Of a DNA stretch of 64,000 bases, positions 1-10,192 are shown one piece after another. This DNA is from a virus. The notes beneath the pieces are model-generated. The model did no database searches and was not told where the DNA came from. It was given only the letters and a program-made list of their open reading frames with translations. The stretch lies in IMG/VR virus record IMGVR_UViG_3300036770_000877, positions 32,001 through 96,000 of that record. One strand, written 5' to 3'. Position numbers and translations under genes: made by a program. Within the stretch, counting starts at the first letter, position 1, and each line of letters starts with the position of its first letter.

Positions 1-1145
1 ATTATAGATGCAAGACCAGACTTCAATGCGTTTGCAGACTCAGAAGCATTAATTCCTCCTTCACGCATAGCTGTAAGGAACAATGCTAAATCTTTAACGT
101 CTCCTCCAAGTTGTCTTACTACTGGACCAGCTTTTGGAATTGCTGTTACTAAGTCATTAAGGCTTGTTGAAGTTTGGTTTTCAACTGCGTTAAGGAAGTT
201 AATAGATTCTGCTAATTCTTTTGTATTTAAATTAAAAGCACTTTGTAATGATAGAGTTGCAGACATAGCCTCTTGTCTATCTACTTCGCCAAGGATTGCT
301 AGACGTGTTGTTTCTGCTACTGACTCTAATAGTTCGTTACCAGTTTTACCAGTTGCAGCAATATCAGCAGCCAAACCTATGGTTTCGTTTGCTGCTGCTC
401 CAAGAGAAGCTGCTAGTTCTTTTGCAAGACCAGCTGTCTGTGTTTTAATTCTTTCAATTTCTGTTGTTGTTGCTCCACCAATATCACCATAAACCTTTGC
501 CAAACGTGTGAGTTGTTTATCTGTTTCACGGAATGCATTTGATGCTGTTGCTGCAAAAATAGTTAAAGGTACTGTTAAACCTACTGTTAACTGACGGCCA
601 GCCCACTGGGTATTTTTACCTAAGTTAATAAGCTCTGTAGAAACACCTTGAATGGATCTTCCAATAATTTTGAACTGCTCTGCACGTAGAGCTTTCATTG
701 TTGATGGGTCAAGTCTATCTAGACCTGTGGGTGTTGACAAAACGTTTCTAGCTTCACCCTGTGGACCAACCGTCGTTGTTAATATAGATCTCTGCAATTT
801 GACCTGCTCTTCAGCAAGTCTTCTGATCATTCCTCTTTGGCCCCGAACTTGTAAATTAAATTCTCGGAAATAATCTTTTAGCTTCAATCTACCTTGGTCT
901 AAGTGCCGACCAAATTCTCTTGTTTCATTTGCTACGTCTACGAATGTCGAAGACCATAGACGGGTGTTACGCATACCCTCAATAAATTGGTTATTTAAAT
1001 TATTTAATGAGGCATATGAAGCAGACCCAAGCCCATTAAGTTGTGTTTGAAGCGTAGCAATTTCTGCGTTTGCACGACGAACTTCCCCGATTAAATCGGA
1101 AAAGTTGGCATTCGCATTAAAGCTAATTACAACTTGTTGGGCCAT
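1..1145 (-). CDS. Tape measure protein, N-terminal part (TP901-like); runs off the window edge
   Basis: Open frame from ATG 1145 (MAQQVVISFNANANFSDL...GKNTQWAGRQLTVGLTVP...ESINFLNAVENQTSTSL...ANALKSGLASI); helical, TMP-like, downstream of the tail chaperones. Not in the ORF track because it is truncated. Confidence 0.9.
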   Translation of the reverse strand, partial: MAQQVVISFNANANFSDLIGEVRRANAEIATLQTQLNGLGSASYASLNNLNNQFIEGMRNTRLWSSTFVDVANETREFGRHLDQGRLKLKDYFREFNLQVRGQRGMIRRLAEEQVKLQRSILTTTVGPQGEARNVLSTPTGLDRLDPSTMKALRAEQFKIIGRSIQGVSTELINLGKNTQWAGRQLTVGLTVPLTIFAATASNAFRETDKQLTRLAKVYGDIGGATTTEIERIKTQTAGLAKELAASLGAAANETIGLAADIAATGKTGNELLESVAETTRLAILGEVDRQEAMSATLSLQSAFNLNTKELAESINFLNAVENQTSTSLNDLVTAIPKAGPVVRQLGGDVKDLALFLTAMREGGINASESANALKSGLASI

Positions 1146-1171
1146 ATGCTAATTATCCCAGATTTTCGATC

Positions 1172-1597
1172 CTAGTTCGCCCTAGCATCCCACTCTTCGT
1201 ACATTAAACCTTGGCCTACGCCAAAGCCTTCTTGTCTTGCAAGTGCACCCTTAAGGTTTGCTACGTCGTTTGTTGCAGGATCGTCTCCTAGTGCTTCCCT
1301 CCTAATGTCTTCAAATGTCTTGGCACCTGAAGAATTATTTTCATCTAAGTCTACCCCTTGAAGGGCAGCAAAGAATTTCTTATCTTCGTAGTCTTTTTTA
1401 TTTGCCTCTTCAAGAGTGTAAATAAGTTCGACTAGAGAAATACTCTCTTCTAATTCTTCGTAGTTTTTCCAAATACCAAGAAGGAAAGCTTGTTTTTCTA
1501 AGGCAGCGAGATCAAGATTCTCCCATGTGGTGGAAGACTTGGTTTTATTTGTTAGTTGGTCCCACTCATCTTGGCCGCTGCCGCTATTAAATTTGGG
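1172..1597 (-). CDS. Tail assembly chaperone GT extension, reached by -1 frameshift
   Basis: 142-codon open -1 frame with no ATG near its start (..TWENLDLAALEKQAFLLGIWKNYEELEESISL..KKFFAALQGVDLD..), beginning at slippery C CCA AAT TTA (1588-1597). Confidence 0.8.
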   Translation of the reverse strand, partial: PKFNSGSGQDEWDQLTNKTKSSTTWENLDLAALEKQAFLLGIWKNYEELEESISLVELIYTLEEANKKDYEDKKFFAALQGVDLDENNSSGAKTFEDIRREALGDDPATNDVANLKGALARQEGFGVGQGLMYEEWDARAN

Positions 1598-1887
1598 TCG
1601 CCTAGCTTAATACCTCCGCAGACCTCCATAATTTTCCAAATAGTCGGAACGTCTAGAGCTTCTTCTAGAGCATCTTTATTGTCTGCCAATTCTGGCAAGC
1701 TTTTTCTCAAAGCGATAGCGCTAGCCTCTAGAAAAATATCTATTGCTTCGTCTTCATCTTTTACTGTATCTAATTTTGTAACGACCTTCATAAATTCTTT
1801 TAGTCGTTTAATTGGCAGCGGTTTTAATGTTACCTTTCTGCCGTCCTGTAGTTCTACTTCTACAATATCGTATAGCTGGGTAGCCAA
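1552..1887 (-). CDS. Tail assembly chaperone (gpG-like)
   Basis: 111 aa between major tail and TMP; AGGAGG RBS; slippery site near the 3' end. Confidence 0.8.
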   Translation of the reverse strand: MATQLYDIVEVELQDGRKVTLKPLPIKRLKEFMKVVTKLDTVKDEDEAIDIFLEASAIALRKSLPELADNKDALEEALDVPTIWKIMEVCGGIKLGDPNLIAAAAKMSGTN

Positions 1888-1931
1888 AGTGACCTCCTAA
1901 ATAGTCTTAATTATTATAGCAATAATAATAT

Positions 1932-1967
1932 AAAAAGACAAGACCCCCACCATTTCTGGAGGGGGTC
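1932..1967 (-). terminator. Intrinsic terminator after major tail gene
   Basis: GACCCCC..GGGGGTC stem followed by a T-rich tract on the minus strand. Confidence 0.7.
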
Positions 1968-1986
1968 GAGCCAATTTTGGTTAAAT

Positions 1987-2658
1987 TTAGCCGATCAAGC
2001 GATCAACGATTCTTCCATATGTGTCGGAATAGCGTGGGTCACCCAAGAGACGGAATGTCACTGGGAAAACTGTAGCTTCGTTACGACGCAATGAGTGTGT
2101 TGAAGATTCAACGGAAAGAACACGACGAGCATAGTAAATACGCTCACGGTCTCCACCTGTTGCGGTGGTTGGTGCGTTTCCAACTGCGATGAATTGACGC
2201 TCTGTTGGCTCTTCGTTAAGAGCACCTACTGAGAGATCAAGACGGGAGTCAGCTACGCTGTCATAAGACTTAAGATTAGATTCCTTTTCACCAAAGACCA
2301 CCATAAGGTTACGAAGTGTACCTTCTGTAAGAGTTGTACGAAGCATAACACGCTGTGAAGACTTGAAGAGCTTCGCAACGTCGAGCTGCTGGTCAACTTC
2401 TACTTCACCGTATGTTGGTTCATACATAACTTCAAGACCTTCGGATGTAAATCCTACGTCTTTCCATTTTGTTGAGTCCAAAACCTTACCTGATCCTAGG
2501 TTAGCATCGCTAACATATGAACCTGTTGGTTGTGGGCTAACTGCGAATGGATCTAGACCGTCCTGATATGAGTCAGACCAGTCTGGCGATGTTGAGTCCT
2601 TTGCAGAAATAAAAATTCTTGCTGCACCGATAATAATATTACGAACGTTTGTTGCCAT
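1987..2658 (-). CDS. Major tail (tube) protein
   Basis: NIIIGAARIF, DVGFTSEGLEVMYEPTYGEVEVDQ, FPVTFRLL motifs typical of actinophage tail tube proteins; strong GGAGGAGG RBS. Confidence 0.85.
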   Translation of the reverse strand: MATNVRNIIIGAARIFISAKDSTSPDWSDSYQDGLDPFAVSPQPTGSYVSDANLGSGKVLDSTKWKDVGFTSEGLEVMYEPTYGEVEVDQQLDVAKLFKSSQRVMLRTTLTEGTLRNLMVVFGEKESNLKSYDSVADSRLDLSVGALNEEPTERQFIAVGNAPTTATGGDRERIYYARRVLSVESSTHSLRRNEATVFPVTFRLLGDPRYSDTYGRIVDRLIG

Positions 2659-2742
2659 TTATTTAATTTCACCTCCTCCTTTTTATAGGATATAAAGTTT
2701 TGCGGCATTTCCTCAAATCCAATAATACTTGAACTGGGGTTA

Positions 2743-3261
2743 TTAGGCAAATCTTCCTTCCGTATTTAAATTCCTTGTGTAGGCGTAGACTATTGATATG
2801 TCTGCCTCCAGGCGACCAGCCAATTCGTCGGCTGGATCTGGAGAGTTTGCCTCTGTCAGGGAAAAGTATTTATATCTAAAAGGGCTTGTGGGATTTACCG
2901 ACTTTACGTAGGTATTCACATTAGCCGCTGATTCATCAAATCTTCTAAATAGGTCTAGCATGATATTCATGATTTCTATTACCTTATCGAAGTCTGGAGC
3001 ATATATCTTAAATGTTAGTCTTTCTTTACATATAACCCACTCTACATCATATGACATTGTGTCAAAATCATAAACTAGGTAAGGAGCTTCTGGATTTGAT
3101 ATTAAATTCTTTGTTTCATCTTCTTGTGTTGGAAATATAGGCATCAATCTTTTTCCGCCAACTATTGGATAGTCTATTTCTGAAAGCGCACCGTTATCTT
3201 TTAGTTCTTTCCAAAGTATTCCTATAACATCAGATATCGCTGTTTTAGTATAATCAGCCAT
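2743..3261 (-). CDS. Putative tail terminator
   Basis: Position directly upstream of major tail; PYLVYD motif; size. Confidence 0.6.
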   Translation of the reverse strand: MADYTKTAISDVIGILWKELKDNGALSEIDYPIVGGKRLMPIFPTQEDETKNLISNPEAPYLVYDFDTMSYDVEWVICKERLTFKIYAPDFDKVIEIMNIMLDLFRRFDESAANVNTYVKSVNPTSPFRYKYFSLTEANSPDPADELAGRLEADISIVYAYTRNLNTEGRFA

Positions 3262-4003
3262 TTGTTACCTCGTCTGCATATTGATATGCTCTTGTTACTT
3301 GTCTAATATGTTTAGATACATTTGATTCTGCTATACGCTTAAATGATCCAGTAGAAGATTTTCCAGATACAGATGATGGCATTTCTCTACCCGCCAAAGC
3401 CTGGGCTGCTTCTATTCTTCCAATTATTCCAGATTCTTGTATATCAACTAACAGTCTTGAACTTGCTAAAAATCTATTTAATGTTTTTCTATAGGATCCC
3501 TTAACTTGTTTTCCTCCAGGAGTTTTTACAGTTACATATTTTCCTCTAGGAATAAATACTGGGTCTCCATCTTTTGAATAAAAATGTAATGCCTGAGCGT
3601 TCCTAGCAGTAATTCTTACGGGTTGTCCTTTTTCCATAACCTCAGCTTTAAATGTAAATTTGCTTCTTCTTGATCCATATTTGTTTGGTGAAAATGTTTT
3701 TGATGGTCTAAATTCAGATGATAGAACAATAGATCCAGATTTATATACTCCGTCTATTTTCCACAGTCTTCCCAACGTTTTACCTGTTTGATTCCATTCA
3801 TATACATGGTGCAACGATCTTGGGCTTAAACGTGCTTCCGAATCTATAAATTTACCTAAAGATACTTTAGCAATAGTTGTTATAGCCTGACCAATTTCTT
3901 TATCTACATCAAATGAGCGTGTGGCGGTAGCAACACCTTCAACATATGCCCCCACGTTTCTCATGGCATCCAAAGCATTAGAGTCAATCTTAAGAGAAGG
4001 CAC
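3254..4003 (-). CDS. Neck/tail-completion protein (start probably GTG 4003; ORF track gives 4036)
   Basis: Basic protein with LHHVYEW motif, in the head-tail gene block. Confidence 0.55.
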   Translation of the reverse strand: MPSLKIDSNALDAMRNVGAYVEGVATATRSFDVDKEIGQAITTIAKVSLGKFIDSEARLSPRSLHHVYEWNQTGKTLGRLWKIDGVYKSGSIVLSSEFRPSKTFSPNKYGSRRSKFTFKAEVMEKGQPVRITARNAQALHFYSKDGDPVFIPRGKYVTVKTPGGKQVKGSYRKTLNRFLASSRLLVDIQESGIIGRIEAAQALAGREMPSSVSGKSSTGSFKRIAESNVSKHIRQVTRAYQYADEVTNG

Positions 4004-4418
4004 CTTGAATGTCGCTCCTCTGAAGAGTATTCTCATACTCTAGTATTTGACCAAATCCATCCAGTATCGGTGTAGATCCCACAATGTTAAATATTGTAGC
4101 TGGACTGTTTAAAACTTCTGCCTCTTCCCATAAAACATTACCCTGCAAATCTTTAATGTTACTTATCTTAGCGTTTCTTGGTAACTTATCAAGTGTCATA
4201 ACCTTGATAATTTCTTCAATCACATATCTTGAATCTACTGTTTTATCGTTTGACGGAGTTCTTACTCCAGATGAAATAATTGATTTAGCAAGGCACGGAA
4301 CGGTTTCTGCGTATATCCACTGTCTTTTAACTTGACCTGTTCCTGTCTGGGCAATTTGAACACGATAAATATCCATTGTCATGGCATATTTAGCCTCTAC
4401 TGAATATGACCCAATCAT
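3990..4418 (-). CDS. Head-to-tail stopper (head closure)
   Basis: Size, beta-rich sequence, position after the adaptor. Confidence 0.6.
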   Translation of the reverse strand: MIGSYSVEAKYAMTMDIYRVQIAQTGTGQVKRQWIYAETVPCLAKSIISSGVRTPSNDKTVDSRYVIEEIIKVMTLDKLPRNAKISNIKDLQGNVLWEEAEVLNSPATIFNIVGSTPILDGFGQILEYENTLQRSDIQGAFS

Positions 4419-5350
4419 TAGATCACCGCCATGTTTGTAGACTTAAACTCATCTAGGAGTTTGTCTGCGTAGAAGTTACCTGTCCCCCTGAAAGCTAGTT
4501 TAGAAAATTCCATATCTGTATCGCCATAAGATACGTTTTGTACAAATCTGGCTCTCCAAATATTATCTTTACCAAAATAGTCTTTCATCAACATGACCAT
4601 TGCCTGTTGAACTTTTTCTGGCACGAACTTCCATCCGAATACACCAGTAATCTCATATCTGTAACCATTGTAAAAATTACCACGAAGTGGATAAACAATG
4701 TCCAGCTTGCCGCCTTCATTGATATCATCTCCAATAGAAACAATTCTCAAGGAGTGGTTGGTATCTGTGATCTCCACGGGAAAATTAAAGCTGTTGGTAT
4801 TTGCTACTGTATCAATAACAGTTTTACCATTCTCTTTAATAGAAGTGTAGGAAATAATTCTTTCCCCCAAATAAAGAACGTCGGCGTCTTGGCCATACGC
4901 ATTTATTGTCTTTGTATATTTTCCAAACTTTACCCCAGTGTAGTTTTCTACCATAAAACGAGCAAACTTCTCTGCCTGTTGCATCTCGTGAAAATGAATA
5001 TAGTTATTATCTCCCTCTTCACGACCCGCATGCAATCTTGTATAAGCCTCAGAAATAGAAATATATGGAGTTATAACAGAATAGTAGTTTGTAGAAGTCA
5101 TTGGATTTCCATCAATAGAGTAGCTCCAGACAGCCTTTAGGGTCTTGTCTGTCATCACATAGTTGTCTAGAATCCTAAATGAATAGTGACCTTCATCATT
5201 TATTTCAGGGTTAGCAAATCCACTGATGATTAAAACATCAGTATCCCCATCATATATTGATACTGTTGGATTTGAATCCGCTAATCTTAACTCATCCTCT
5301 TCATATACATCAAGGTATATGTCTTGGGTGAGACCTGTGTATAACTCCAT
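4418..5350 (-). CDS. Head-to-tail adaptor
   Basis: YEITGVFGWKFVPEKVQQAMVML and GTGNFYADKLLDEF motifs typical of adaptors. Confidence 0.7.
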   Translation of the reverse strand: MELYTGLTQDIYLDVYEEDELRLADSNPTVSIYDGDTDVLIISGFANPEINDEGHYSFRILDNYVMTDKTLKAVWSYSIDGNPMTSTNYYSVITPYISISEAYTRLHAGREEGDNNYIHFHEMQQAEKFARFMVENYTGVKFGKYTKTINAYGQDADVLYLGERIISYTSIKENGKTVIDTVANTNSFNFPVEITDTNHSLRIVSIGDDINEGGKLDIVYPLRGNFYNGYRYEITGVFGWKFVPEKVQQAMVMLMKDYFGKDNIWRARFVQNVSYGDTDMEFSKLAFRGTGNFYADKLLDEFKSTNMAVI

Positions 5351-5357
5351 TAATTAA

Positions 5358-5756
5358 TTAGGAGTAAAACTCCTGTACCTCCTTGGGAGTGGCAAGTCTG
5401 AAACCTTCCTGTGTGTCAAAAATCTCCTGTGCGTCCTTCTCGGACATTACGATAAATGGATTTTCTTTTGTAAATGTAAACTCATTTACATCATATCTTG
5501 GATTCATTCTTTCCATCTTTACTAAGACTTGTCCACCTTTAAGCTCTGTTAGTGGCTTTGATCCCGTTGTTTTTCTTGGTTCTAAATCTGCTTCTGCTTT
5601 TTCTGCATTATTAAAACTATTATACATTTCGTAGCTTACGCCCTCTTCTGCGAGTAGGGCAACTAGGTCTGCCTTATTTTTGGCTGACTGGTGGTCTACC
5701 GCAAAATCTTCTGCGACCTTTCGAAGCTCTTCAAGCTTCATATTACTAAAAGACAT
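5358..5756 (-). CDS. Hypothetical head-associated protein with N-terminal Rho-N/SAP-like helix pair
   Basis: MKLEELRKVAEDF..KNKADLVALL; located after the capsid gene. Confidence 0.55.
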   Translation of the reverse strand: MSFSNMKLEELRKVAEDFAVDHQSAKNKADLVALLAEEGVSYEMYNSFNNAEKAEADLEPRKTTGSKPLTELKGGQVLVKMERMNPRYDVNEFTFTKENPFIVMSEKDAQEIFDTQEGFRLATPKEVQEFYS

Positions 5757-5800
5757 TTATTCTCCTCTCAGTCTTTTCCTTCTAATTATAGCACCCATAT

Positions 5801-5839
5801 GACTAAAGGGGAACCCCTTTTTGGAGTTCCCCTTTAGAC
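5801..5839 (-). terminator. Stem-loop terminator after major capsid gene
   Basis: CTAAAGGGGAAC / GTTCCCCTTTAG inverted repeat. Confidence 0.7.
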
Positions 5840-5859
5840 TATTTAGTTTTTAAAGGTTG

Positions 5860-6846
5860 TTAGGCATTAACTTTTACGTTCTTGACCACAACGAAAGCCT
5901 CTGGATTTTCAATTGCACATCCTGTTCTTACGAACATTGTGTATTCAATTGTATCCTTCTTTGGCTTGAATTCACGGTAAACCTGGATTTCACGCTTGAC
6001 ACCAACAACAAAGTTGTTAGCAAATGTCAAGTGGATATCTCCATGGTCACCTGTAGCACCTGAGTAATCTCCGTCTTGAGTCTCATCGATTAGAGGAACC
6101 TCAACGACTGGAATACCAAATGCGAATGGAATTACTCCACCTGGCGCACCTGCTGGTCCGTTTGGATTTCCACGAAGAATTGACGATGCAATGTCTTCTG
6201 GAGTTCCACCGTTACCAATGGTTGTCAAGTTATAGAGATAATCCTGCACAAGGTTTGAACCTGTAAAGAAACGTAGTTCATTACGACGTTGCTTGTACTT
6301 ACGTGGCATAGCCTTGATTGCATTGTTGAATACTGCCTTGCTGATGTTTGCACCGCCTGCGTTTACAACGTTAGCTGATTCAAGTGCAAGTGCACGGAAT
6401 CCCTTAAACGCTGACATTAGGCCTGAACCAGTTCCAACGCCGTTGATCAAAAGATCTTCGATGTCGTTACCAGCCTGAGTTGCCATAAGACGTGCAATGT
6501 GATCTTCGAGATCTGCACCTTCGATGTTATCTTCTAGTGCTTCGCTTGAAAGTTCCCAGTCAAGACGTAGTTTCTTTGTGGTAAGAGAAATCTTGGAGAA
6601 TGTAACTGCTGCATTAGCACCTGTTTGGGTAGCTTCTGTAGCAACTGTCATCAATCTAGTACCAACACCTACCTTATCAATGTCGGCAGTGTTAGAACGC
6701 ATACGAACTGTTCTGGCTGCACGGGCAAGGATTGTAGCATCAAACATGTAATCAATGAAACGGTTTGCCTGCTCTGTGTTTAGAAGACCACCATTTGCTG
6801 ATCCAACGTTAGTTGTGTCTACTACTTTTTGTAGAATATCGCTCAT
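5860..6846 (-). CDS. Major capsid protein (HK97 fold)
   Basis: GGLLNTEQANRFID, KKLRLDWELSSEALEDNIEG, REFKPKKDTIEYT; start moved to ATG 6846 behind GGAGGTG. Confidence 0.9.
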   Translation of the reverse strand: MSDILQKVVDTTNVGSANGGLLNTEQANRFIDYMFDATILARAARTVRMRSNTADIDKVGVGTRLMTVATEATQTGANAAVTFSKISLTTKKLRLDWELSSEALEDNIEGADLEDHIARLMATQAGNDIEDLLINGVGTGSGLMSAFKGFRALALESANVVNAGGANISKAVFNNAIKAMPRKYKQRRNELRFFTGSNLVQDYLYNLTTIGNGGTPEDIASSILRGNPNGPAGAPGGVIPFAFGIPVVEVPLIDETQDGDYSGATGDHGDIHLTFANNFVVGVKREIQVYREFKPKKDTIEYTMFVRTGCAIENPEAFVVVKNVKVNA

Positions 6847-6879
6847 TTTTTTATTTTTCACCTCCGTTATTTTTATAGA

Positions 6880-8190
6880 TTAGATGTTGCGGACGCTGAG
6901 GAAATGCCCGCCCCACTTACTTGTTGTTTTTTGTATTGTTACATCTGACCCGTCCAGATCAGAAGACTTGCGAATCGCAGTATCTTTCTCTACTCCGTCG
7001 ACCCTCTTTTCGACGCCTGAGATAGTTGACTTAATGTTATTGACAACCTCTGCGAGTTCATTATATTTATTGGTTACTTCAGCAATTTTCTGATCAACCT
7101 GTGTAGCAAGGCTTGATACTGCTTCCGCAGTAGCGGTCTTGCTAATTTCTGTTGAGATAAAGCTCTTCATTTCATCAAACATTTTTGCAAAGTCAGTCTC
7201 TTCAACTTCAACTTCGGAAATGTCTGCGGCTTCCTCAACAGCAGCAGGAGCTTCTTCGGCTTCTGCTTTCGGTGCCTCTTCGGTTGCTGGTGCTTCTGGA
7301 GCATCAGCTGACTTGGCGAGGTCCGTTTCTGTGACTTCTTCAACTTGAGCAACTTGCTCAGTTGTAGTCTCTTCAACGGTGTTTGTTGTATCTTCTGCCA
7401 CAGTAACACCTCCTTCTGTGTTTTGATTTGTTTCAACCTGTTTTGCAAAATCAGGTTGTACCTTAGACTGCTTGTATGCGTCAAGGATTCTTTCGATTTC
7501 TGCAGACTTATTTGTATCTGCTGTTTCTACCCAACCGATCATTTCAAGATTCTTATTTGTGGTTGGTGATGTAAATTCTGATTCTGTTGACAAATAAACT
7601 TCGTCTGTATCTTTATCGTAAAAAACATTTTCTACTTGAACTTCTGTTGCAATTCCTTTTAATACAGTTCCATCAATTGTCTTTTCAATAGAAACAATGT
7701 TTGATAATTGGTTTGCTGGATTGTCTACCAATGAAAGCTCTGTTAGATCATACTCTTTAATTACACGAATTGATTTTTCTAGTGTTGGATTATATTCATC
7801 AACGGCTTTTGTAATGTTCCCGCCGATTGAGAAACCTGATAGTGTGCCATCAAGAACTTTTTCCCAAGTATCTTGTGCGCCCTTTGATACATAAGCATTA
7901 ACAAATACTCCGCTGTATTCTTTTCCTGATGACTTGTCAAATAATTTTTCTTTACGGAAAGATACCATCTTACCTACTGCAAGAGGCTGGTGCATTTCAC
8001 GAATATTCCCACGGAATCTTTCGAATGCTTTAGCAGAAGCGTCTGAAGAAACAATGTCTCCATGCTGATCAATATTGTCTAGTGTGGCGAATCCTGATAC
8101 AATTCTTTTTTCCCTATCGATTTTTGCGATAGGCATCGATAGGCGGAGAGTGTCTCCGTCAGAATGCCAGTTTGCCTTTTTTATTTCCAT
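6880..8190 (-). CDS. Prohead protease fused to acidic scaffold domain
   Basis: IREMHQ, GFSIGG, ELSLVDNPAN (HK97 protease motifs); Glu/Ala-rich linker and coiled-coil C-terminus. Confidence 0.9.
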   Translation of the reverse strand: MEIKKANWHSDGDTLRLSMPIAKIDREKRIVSGFATLDNIDQHGDIVSSDASAKAFERFRGNIREMHQPLAVGKMVSFRKEKLFDKSSGKEYSGVFVNAYVSKGAQDTWEKVLDGTLSGFSIGGNITKAVDEYNPTLEKSIRVIKEYDLTELSLVDNPANQLSNIVSIEKTIDGTVLKGIATEVQVENVFYDKDTDEVYLSTESEFTSPTTNKNLEMIGWVETADTNKSAEIERILDAYKQSKVQPDFAKQVETNQNTEGGVTVAEDTTNTVEETTTEQVAQVEEVTETDLAKSADAPEAPATEEAPKAEAEEAPAAVEEAADISEVEVEETDFAKMFDEMKSFISTEISKTATAEAVSSLATQVDQKIAEVTNKYNELAEVVNNIKSTISGVEKRVDGVEKDTAIRKSSDLDGSDVTIQKTTSKWGGHFLSVRNI

Positions 8191-8231
8191 AGCAACACTA
8201 ATTTTATCAACTATTTGTTAGTAATGCAAAA

Positions 8232-9803
8232 TCAGGGCGTAATTCGACCTTCACCTTGAGGATTTCTTGCTTCACCGTTAGAGTCAGAAGCATTTGCTGT
8301 TCTCTCTTGATCTCTTCTTCGGTTTCCAGTTCCCCTCGCAGTTTGGTCAGAAGCCTGCTGTCCTGTTAGGACAACTGGCTCATCGCCGCCTGGTAAACCA
8401 GGCATTCCGAGTCTTGCACGAACTTCATTAGGCACAATGGTCTTCATTCGTAGGTATCTCTCATCAATCTTAGACTGGGTGTCTTCGTCTGTGAGTGTAA
8501 GTTCATTAAACTTTAAAACAAAAGCATCTGTAAATTCTGCAATTAGACGATTTAATTTCTTTTCTAAATTTCTTTGGGCTGGTCTAGCAACCTGCTCTTT
8601 AAATGTCTTATCTGCATCTTTAGCTGCTGCAAGAGAGACGCCCTCTGGCAGACCCAGTTTTGATATTGGGGTTCTATGTGCAATTAAAATTTCATCTCTA
8701 TTTGATTGACGATATTTGTTGAATGATGAATCTTGTACGTCCGCCTCAACAGCTTCCATCTTAAACTCAACCTTATTTCCTTCATCGTCTGCTGGAAGAG
8801 GAATATAAATTGATCTATGGTTCTTGCCCTTTAGATTGGTCTGGAAGAACTCAAGCAATTTGCGTTCTGCTTCACGGCTAAGAGTTGCACCCTTTACTGT
8901 AATTATATATCTTGGGACAGCTTTATTCTCAAAATAATCTAAATTAAATCTTGAAGCAAATTCATCTCCCGCTAGGGCAGTCTTTGCTGGAATAATATCT
9001 GGCACACCATAGTATCCATTTGTTGGTGTGTACTTCTTAATGTGAATAACTTCATTAGGACGAGCATCGTCTCCAATTGGATTAGGTGTCGAATCATCTT
9101 GAAAATTACGGAAGAATACTACCTTATTTCCGATTACCTGAACAAATCCATCTCTGTCCTTACGAACACGCATGGATGTTGCTGGAATATGTCCAACGAA
9201 ACCAATCTCTCCATTTACTTTTCGGCCAACTTCGATATAACCATTGCCAGTTGCTTCGAAATCTAGGTATACCTTTGTTAGTGTCTCTGTAAATGTATCC
9301 TCTTGGTTCATTGACTCAAGTAGGTCGTACAGGTCTTCTCTCATCCGCTCTAACTTAGCACGGAATCTTTGTAGGCTTTCTGGAGTATCAGAAAGATCTG
9401 CAATCTTTTCTTTCGTTGCACGAGTGTGCGAAAAATCATATCCCAAGCCAACAATATTTGCTGCCTTAGCATTACATGCCGCAAAGTGTGGCGATGATAC
9501 TTCGTAAATCTTAGCTAGATAATCTAGGTTGTATGGTGGAGTAATAACATCAAGGATGTCGTAACCCATAAGTATTTCTTGCTCATACTTTTTAGACCTT
9601 GCTTGTCCGTCTGCACCCTGTTGGAACTTCTGGATTAATCTTGTGTTCTTTCTTTTAAAGTTAGGAGAGAATCCACGATATTTAGATAGGTCCTCTGCCT
9701 TTACATAAAACGGATCTGACTCTTCTGCTGGTCTTTCTGTAAAGAAGTCTCCAGACAATACCGCAGATACTTCGTTTAAATTATCTTCTATTGCGTCTGA
9801 CAT
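8232..9803 (-). CDS. Portal protein
   Basis: GNGYIEV, HIPATSMRV, NEVIHIKKY..YYGVPD, NEVRARLG portal motifs. Confidence 0.92.
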   Translation of the reverse strand: MSDAIEDNLNEVSAVLSGDFFTERPAEESDPFYVKAEDLSKYRGFSPNFKRKNTRLIQKFQQGADGQARSKKYEQEILMGYDILDVITPPYNLDYLAKIYEVSSPHFAACNAKAANIVGLGYDFSHTRATKEKIADLSDTPESLQRFRAKLERMREDLYDLLESMNQEDTFTETLTKVYLDFEATGNGYIEVGRKVNGEIGFVGHIPATSMRVRKDRDGFVQVIGNKVVFFRNFQDDSTPNPIGDDARPNEVIHIKKYTPTNGYYGVPDIIPAKTALAGDEFASRFNLDYFENKAVPRYIITVKGATLSREAERKLLEFFQTNLKGKNHRSIYIPLPADDEGNKVEFKMEAVEADVQDSSFNKYRQSNRDEILIAHRTPISKLGLPEGVSLAAAKDADKTFKEQVARPAQRNLEKKLNRLIAEFTDAFVLKFNELTLTDEDTQSKIDERYLRMKTIVPNEVRARLGMPGLPGGDEPVVLTGQQASDQTARGTGNRRRDQERTANASDSNGEARNPQGEGRITP

Positions 9804-10132
9804 TAGTCGTTCCTCAAATTCTTTAGGCTATCTTTGTACTCACCAATATCCAGTGGATCTGGTGTTAGTCCCCACTTCAACCTCTGTTGCTGTTCTTCAT
9901 ACTCTTCATCGTTAATCTTTCTTTGTCCCGACAAAAATACTGCTTGGCCTGTTTGAATGCCATAACCTTTGATAGCTTCGGTAAGAGCGTTAATTCTATT
10001 TTGGTCTCCCTTAAATGCAGAAACTGATAAATAGTTTCCATTATCATCGCCTACCCAGCGTCCGTCTGGCATTTGCCACACATAAACCCCTAATCGGGTT
10101 TCTTCAACAATAGATGTTTTAATTGATTTCAT
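9803..10132 (-). CDS. Hypothetical protein upstream of portal
   Basis: 109-aa ORF coupled to the portal; -10 TATCAT 6 nt before the ATG. Confidence 0.7.
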   Translation of the reverse strand: MKSIKTSIVEETRLGVYVWQMPDGRWVGDDNGNYLSVSAFKGDQNRINALTEAIKGYGIQTGQAVFLSGQRKINDEEYEEQQQRLKWGLTPDPLDIGEYKDSLKNLRND

Positions 10133-10192
10133 ATAGTAATGATACCATCTTTTATTGCAAATAGCCAGAGTTTGTAATAGAATATGCCAAAA

